From assembly GCA_963695095.1 (NCBI GenBank), contig CAVOFT010000001.1, forward strand, positions 512,001 to 576,000: a stretch of 64,000 bases of DNA. Reading direction: 5' to 3'. The notes under the pieces were generated by a model, which was not told the origin of the DNA, searched no databases, and saw nothing but the letters and a program-made list of their open reading frames with translations. Below are positions 63,785 to 64,000 of the stretch, one piece after another. Numbering within the stretch: the first letter of the stretch is position 1; every line of letters begins with the position of its first letter. Source of the DNA: an uncultured bacterium. Its GTDB lineage: Bacteria; Krumholzibacteriota; Krumholzibacteriia; JACNKJ01. The position numbers were made by a program, and so were the translations under genes.

Positions 63785-64000
63785 AGCGGACCCCGACCCG
63801 GTCGGAGTGTCGCAGTCATGTCACTGTTATTACGATTCAGCATCTATCAATCCATTTTCCATTGCTCTATAATCACGGCCTTGGACTGCGGAGCCGTGGG
63901 CAGTGAGCCGGGGGCGCTGCCCTGCTGCCCGGTCATCAGGCACGGCAGGCCGTTCACTTTGCCCATCCCCGGCGTCAGCCTTGCAACGCTCGATCCCGGG

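Overview
A very GC-rich bacterial chromosomal window with about 47 protein-coding genes, mostly on the + strand. I found no rRNA, tRNA, CRISPR array, transposase or phage genes. Secreted proteins with FlgD-Ig/T9SS-like C-terminal domains suggest an FCB-group lineage such as Ca. Krumholzibacteriota/Latescibacterota (inference only). Housekeeping genes include rmuC, mfd followed by three PPIases and an S4 protein, holB-tatD-rsmA, and secD-secF. Several genes are broken by single-base frameshifts that look like long-read indel errors. Most notable: (1) an ECF sigma / zinc anti-sigma / membrane-anchored TPR-CHAT (caspase-like) protease operon, in which the protease lacks a canonical start and has ACG behind a strong Shine-Dalgarno; (2) a PlsR/PlsA(Ger)-like reductase-activase locus that may make ether lipids; (3) an arsR-arsM operon ending in a Rid-ArsN2 fusion; (4) a fungal Lys4-type fused homoaconitase; (5) a strongly basic flavodoxin; (6) a CPA2 antiporter with a long RGG/Arg-rich tail; (7) repeated leaderless-promoter architecture. 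All family calls come from motif recognition by eye; no database searches were run.
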